A stretch of DNA of 64,000 nt. It comes from Candidatus Poribacteria bacterium. Lineage in GTDB: Bacteria > Poribacteria > WGA-4E > PCPOR2b. The stretch is taken from NCBI GenBank assembly GCA_965208675.1, contig OZ242351.1, positions 3,808,001 through 3,872,000 of the forward strand. Reading direction: 5' to 3'. Under the pieces are notes generated by a model that was given only the letters and a program-made list of their open reading frames with translations, made no database searches and had not been told where the DNA came from. Numbering within the stretch: position 1 is the stretch's first letter; every line of letters begins with the position of its first letter. Below, in pieces: positions 59,746 through 64,000 of this stretch. The position numbers and the translations under genes are program-made.

Positions 59746-60170
59746 ATGCCAAAAGCAGACTAAATATACCACATTTTGTAGGTAGTTGCAAGCCAAAATT
59801 CAGCATGGCAGTGATGTTCAATATCTCCGCGGAATGCTGCCGGCACAGTGACAGGGTTAGTATTAGATTCAGATGGCGGTTTGAGAAAAAGTTTGTTAAA
59901 ATGCAACTTTTGAAGGGCGGGCATCGAAAAGTCGTGACAATCGTTGAATCCAAATTGTGTCGCTAGCACGAAGGTTTCTATGTACGCTTTCGGCTACACG
60001 ACAGACTACAACACCCCAATCTATAGTCAATTCGGTTCATATTTACGCCTATTGCGGCAAGTTTGGTTTCCCGCCGTACCTTCTGACTAGATAAATACCG
60101 GTTCGTTTAGGAAACCGAACCTACCGCAGTGAATGGCAAATTTTTGGTCGTTCTGTAGAAATTTAAGATT

Positions 60171-61046
60171 ATGCCACTTTTAGATAATAAATTCCTCAAA
60201 CAACTTGATCGTCTACAATTTCGCTGTAACGAGATATTCCGGGGTAGGTTTAAAGGTGAACGGCGAAGCCTCAATCGTGGTGTCGGCATAGAGTTTTCGG
60301 ATTACCGTCCCTATGAACTTGGCGACGATTTGCGGCATATTGACTGGAATGTTTATGCTCGGTTGAATCTGCCCTTTATAAAATTGTTCAGCGCTGACGA
60401 AGACCTTTCAATCTTCATATTTGTTGATAATAGTAAGTCAATGAGTTTTGGGACTCCGGCAAAATTGGAATGTGCTAAACGCATTGCAGCCGCTTTTAGT
60501 TATATCGGTTTGGCAAATTTTGATAGAGTTTCCATCATTACTCTCTCTGATCAGGTGATTCCAATTGTACCACTCACATACGGGAAAAGCCAATTCCCGA
60601 AGGTTTCCAGATCGATTGGAGCAATAACCGCAGCGCATGAAACCCATTTGGGGTCCTGTTTGACACACTTTGCCGCTAGTGCAAGACAATCTGGCGCGGC
60701 GATCGTCATCTCAGATTTTTTGGACACAGATGGTTATGAACTAGGACTCAAGCAGCTCAAATCTCGAAAATTCGATTTGACCGTCATTCAACTGCTGAGT
60801 GATGAGGAGTTGCGCCCAAGGCTTTCAGGTGAATTGCGGCTAGAAGATGCAGAATCTGGTAAGAAAAAAGGACTTACAGTCAGCGATCGAGCGCTAGCTA
60901 ACTACAGGGAGCGGGTGGACGCATTTTGCGATGGCTTGAAAGGTTTCTGTCTGAACCAGGGAATTACGTATATTAAGATTGACAATCGTGTGCCGATTGA
61001 GGAATTCTTCTTACAGAATCTGCACAAAACCGGTTTGATTTTGTGA
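60171..61046 (+). CDS. DUF58 (VWA-like, MoxR-associated) protein
   Basis: G.EFSDYR.Y..GDDLR.IDWNVYAR, D.SKSM.FG, VISDF. Confidence 0.9.
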   Translation: MPLLDNKFLKQLDRLQFRCNEIFRGRFKGERRSLNRGVGIEFSDYRPYELGDDLRHIDWNVYARLNLPFIKLFSADEDLSIFIFVDNSKSMSFGTPAKLECAKRIAAAFSYIGLANFDRVSIITLSDQVIPIVPLTYGKSQFPKVSRSIGAITAAHETHLGSCLTHFAASARQSGAAIVISDFLDTDGYELGLKQLKSRKFDLTVIQLLSDEELRPRLSGELRLEDAESGKKKGLTVSDRALANYRERVDAFCDGLKGFCLNQGITYIKIDNRVPIEEFFLQNLHKTGLIL

Positions 61047-61110
61047 ACGGAGTTTTAAACCCAGTGCCGATTATCACTTTTCTTTGGCGAGAATCGTTGA
61101 CATTGGGAAA

Positions 61111-61575
61111 TTATGTTGTCAATCTATGGAGAATTGGCTCCTCTATACGCTGATATTCAAAGAGTTCGCTTGAATCGAATAGAACCTCCAACTCCCGCTG
61201 AGCATTTTTCGGTGAATCAGAGGCGTGCACGATATTATGGGTGACATCAATTGAGAAATCGCCTCGGATGCTGCCTGGCTCGGATTCGGTAGGGTCGGTT
61301 GCACCGTTGAGCAAACGGACAAGCTCAATTGCGTTTCTTCCTTGGAGAGCGATGGCAACAATCGGCGTTGAAGTCATGAATTGGATTAGATAGCTATAAA
61401 ACGCCTTCCCCTGATGCGGGAAATAGAGTTCTTCTGCTTTGTGAAAGGGGAGTTGAAGTAATTTCAGACCGACTAATTTAAGACCTTTGCGTTCAAATCT
61501 ACCAATAATTTCGCCGATTAAACCTCGCTGAACGCCATCGGGTTTAATCAGTACCAGTGTTTTTTCTTGCTCCAT
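61111..61575 (-). CDS. ndk: Nucleoside diphosphate kinase
   Basis: IKPDGVQRGLIG, PGSIRGDF, N.VHASDS. Confidence 0.97.
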   Translation of the reverse strand: MEQEKTLVLIKPDGVQRGLIGEIIGRFERKGLKLVGLKLLQLPFHKAEELYFPHQGKAFYSYLIQFMTSTPIVAIALQGRNAIELVRLLNGATDPTESEPGSIRGDFSIDVTHNIVHASDSPKNAQRELEVLFDSSELFEYQRIEEPILHRLTT

Positions 61576-61607
61576 TTGACCTTCTATCTGCGTAATTCAT
61601 GTCTATA

Positions 61608-62798
61608 TTATCTTCCTAGACCGCTCCTAATTCGATCTAGGCCGCGATTGATATCTTCGAGCGATGCCGCGAATGAAAAACGTAGGTGTTTGTCCGCGCC
61701 AAATCCGTTTCCCGGCACGACACCCACCTTCGCATCCTCAAGCAGATATGCTGCCATGTCCATAGAACCGTGGATAGTTTTTCCGTGAATTGTGCGCCCG
61801 TAATGCGCGGAGAAATCCGGGAAGATATAAAACGCGCCTTGCGGCTTGACGTAGGTAATGCCTTCAATTTCATCGAAGCGTTGAGAAATCACATCCCGCC
61901 GCTCCTCGAAAGCCTGCCGCATCTCCTCCACCGCCTTTTGCGATCCAGTAATTGCCGCGTAGGCGGCTTTCTGCGCAATTGAGGTCGGATTTGAGGTGCT
62001 ATGAGACTGGATGCGTGACATTGCGCTAATGGCTTTTTCGGGTCCGGCTGTATACCCAATCCGCCACCCTGTCATCGAATATGCTTTGGATACCCCGTTG
62101 ACAACAAAGGTAATTTCCTGAATTTCATCGCTAAGTGACGCTATACTTTGATGCTTCAGATTGTCGTATAACAGGGATTCGTAGATTTCATCGGAGATAA
62201 CGTAACTGCGGTGTTTAACCGCAATCTCAGCAATCTGTCGGAGCGTTTCTGTATCGTAGATGGTACCCGTAGGGTTGCTGGGGCTGTTGATAATTATCGC
62301 TTTTGTGTTATTCGTGATTGCCTTTTCAATCTGTTCCGGGCTCATACAGAAGTTTTGCGCGGCGGAGGTCTCAATAACAACGGGACTTCCATCGGCTAGC
62401 GTCACGATTTCAGGGTAGCTAACCCAGTATGGTGCGGCGAAAATGACTTCATCACCAGGGTTGCAAATTGCTTGTAGAATGTTATAGATTGAATGCTTTG
62501 CACCGCAGGAAACGATAATCTGCGACGGTTTATACGTTAACCCGTTGTCCTTTTTGAATTTCTCGACGATGGCTGCCTTTAGTTGCGGGGTGCCGGCCGC
62601 GGGGGTATATTTGGTAAAACCGTCGTGAATTGCAGCAATCGCTGCATCTTTAATATAGTCTGGCGTATCGAAGTCCGGCTCTCCGGCTCCAAATTTGACA
62701 ATATCAATGCCTTCTGCCAACATAGCGTTGATTTTCGCAGTAATTGCCAGCGTTGATGATGGTGCGACTTTTTCGCCCCGTTGAGCGAATGATAGCAT
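61608..62798 (-). CDS. aspC: PLP-dependent aspartate aminotransferase (class I/II)
   Basis: GEPDFDTP, NSPSNPTG, SDEIY, SKAYSMTGWRIG. Confidence 0.85.
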   Translation of the reverse strand: MLSFAQRGEKVAPSSTLAITAKINAMLAEGIDIVKFGAGEPDFDTPDYIKDAAIAAIHDGFTKYTPAAGTPQLKAAIVEKFKKDNGLTYKPSQIIVSCGAKHSIYNILQAICNPGDEVIFAAPYWVSYPEIVTLADGSPVVIETSAAQNFCMSPEQIEKAITNNTKAIIINSPSNPTGTIYDTETLRQIAEIAVKHRSYVISDEIYESLLYDNLKHQSIASLSDEIQEITFVVNGVSKAYSMTGWRIGYTAGPEKAISAMSRIQSHSTSNPTSIAQKAAYAAITGSQKAVEEMRQAFEERRDVISQRFDEIEGITYVKPQGAFYIFPDFSAHYGRTIHGKTIHGSMDMAAYLLEDAKVGVVPGNGFGADKHLRFSFAASLEDINRGLDRIRSGLGR

Positions 62799-62915
62799 TA
62801 ACAGTACCCTCCTGAAATTTGATAACTGGTGATTGGCGGAGCGATTTCTCATCGTCCGTTCTGAAATGGTGAGTATAAGCCTCGCTCACTCAATCCTTCA
62901 CCATTCACTATATTG

Positions 62916-63779
62916 CTACATCTTCTTTTCGAATTCTCTCAACAATTCCTTCTGTTTTTTCGTCAGAGATCGGGGAATTTCAACTTTAATCTCCACCCGA
63001 AGATCGCCTTTACGCCCTGAAGCATCGTTAATGCCTCGCCCGCGCAATCTCAACTGTTGGTCGGGTTGTGTTCCCGGGGGAATCTTCAGTTCTACCTGTT
63101 CTCTCAGCATTGGGAGGCGAATTTTTCCTCCTAAAGCGGCAAGGGTGAAAGGCACTGTTATCTGAGTGACCAGATTCAGGTCTTCCCGCTTGAAATTTGA
63201 GTGGGGTTGGACCGAGATTTTTGCGTGCAGAGAACCGCGATTTCCGCCGTTTACGGATTTTCCTTGACCAGTGAGGCGAAGCGTTTGCCCATCTTTAATT
63301 CCCGCGGGGATCTTTAGTGTGATAGTGCGATTATCAACTCGAATCTGCTTCTCGGCACCGAATACGGACTCCTCAAAAGAAATTGTTAGTTTGGTTTGAA
63401 GGTCACCACCGGAACGCGTATGGATGCGCGAACCGCGCCGCGTAAACACATCGCCGAAAACATCGCCAAAATTGCCAAAAATTTCTTGGCCGAAAATATC
63501 TCCAAATTGAGAAAAAATGTCGTCGAAATTCGTGAACCCTTGAAATCCTGAATCGTGCACGCCAGCATGCCCGCGTATATCATAAATTTTCCGTTTTTCC
63601 GGATCTGACAGTACCTGATACGCATTGGAGGCTTCCTTGAATTTGTCCTCGGCATTTTTATCACCTGGATTTTTGTCCGGATGATATTTTACTGCCAATT
63701 TACGATATGCGCGTTTAATGTCTTCAGGGGAAGCCTTCTTACCGACACCAAGCACTTCATAATAATCCTTTTCTGGCAT
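62916..63779 (-). CDS. DnaJ-class co-chaperone lacking the zinc finger (CbpA-like)
   Basis: J-domain with HPD, G/F region, DnaJ C-terminal domain, no CxxCxGxG. Confidence 0.9.
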   Translation of the reverse strand: MPEKDYYEVLGVGKKASPEDIKRAYRKLAVKYHPDKNPGDKNAEDKFKEASNAYQVLSDPEKRKIYDIRGHAGVHDSGFQGFTNFDDIFSQFGDIFGQEIFGNFGDVFGDVFTRRGSRIHTRSGGDLQTKLTISFEESVFGAEKQIRVDNRTITLKIPAGIKDGQTLRLTGQGKSVNGGNRGSLHAKISVQPHSNFKREDLNLVTQITVPFTLAALGGKIRLPMLREQVELKIPPGTQPDQQLRLRGRGINDASGRKGDLRVEIKVEIPRSLTKKQKELLREFEKKM

Positions 63780-64000
63780 CTCGCTTCCTCCTCATGCGAA
63801 TAGGTTGGACGAATTCGCGAATTTAGATGTCAAGCTGGCTATCAGAGATGGTGCGTTCAATTTTTCCGCGTTGCTACTCTATACAGTAACTGTCGAACAA
63901 TATTGTGCTTTTCGATTGACATCTCAGTAAAAACGGAATAAGTTATCATTGCGGCGCGGGAGGTCTAAACACGGCTACGATCCAGAATCTCCGCGATTTG

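Noticed and set aside
59577-59969. ORFs 59577..59966, 59600..59953 and 59760..59969
   Set aside because: They overlap tRNA-Pro and its promoter region; spurious
430-63664. Numerous antisense and alternate-frame ORFs nested in long genes
   Set aside because: Shadow ORFs of well-supported CDSs, with no motifs or RBS support

Overview
Bacterial chromosome segment. The 'NYPNPFNPETWIPY' C-terminal domains, the 'AVEPxGKLTTTWGxLK' tail and the WD40/LRR-rich exported proteins suggest Candidatus Poribacteria or a close relative (inference). The window has two halves. (1) About 1-31.7 kb is an accessory region. It holds mostly + strand exported proteins and lipoproteins, a PAS histidine kinase with a decayed sigma54 response regulator, and several pseudogenes. 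It also holds a split array of five paralogous 'EHGG-V-AYGKDGK' beta-repeat genes with near-identical junctions. That array is interrupted by a 5-kb segment carrying a lone small-ORF plus terminase-large-subunit pair and iterated ATACTCAA motifs. At least three families of REP/MITE-like repeats fill the intergenic spaces. (2) About 31.8-64 kb is mostly housekeeping: leuA, DAHP synthase behind a leader-peptide attenuator, serA, carbohydrate and glycosylation genes, a 2.1-kaa PorU-like C25 peptidase, an S4 protein, lon, clpX, clpP, tig, six tRNAs, DUF58, ndk, an aminotransferase and a DnaJ/CbpA protein. The most promising leads are the recombining beta-repeat array with its orphan terminase insert, a T9SS-like CTD/sortase system with a recurring 'AAP' junction motif, and an attenuator with two overlapping leader peptides. 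All calls come from reading the sequence by eye; no searches were run.
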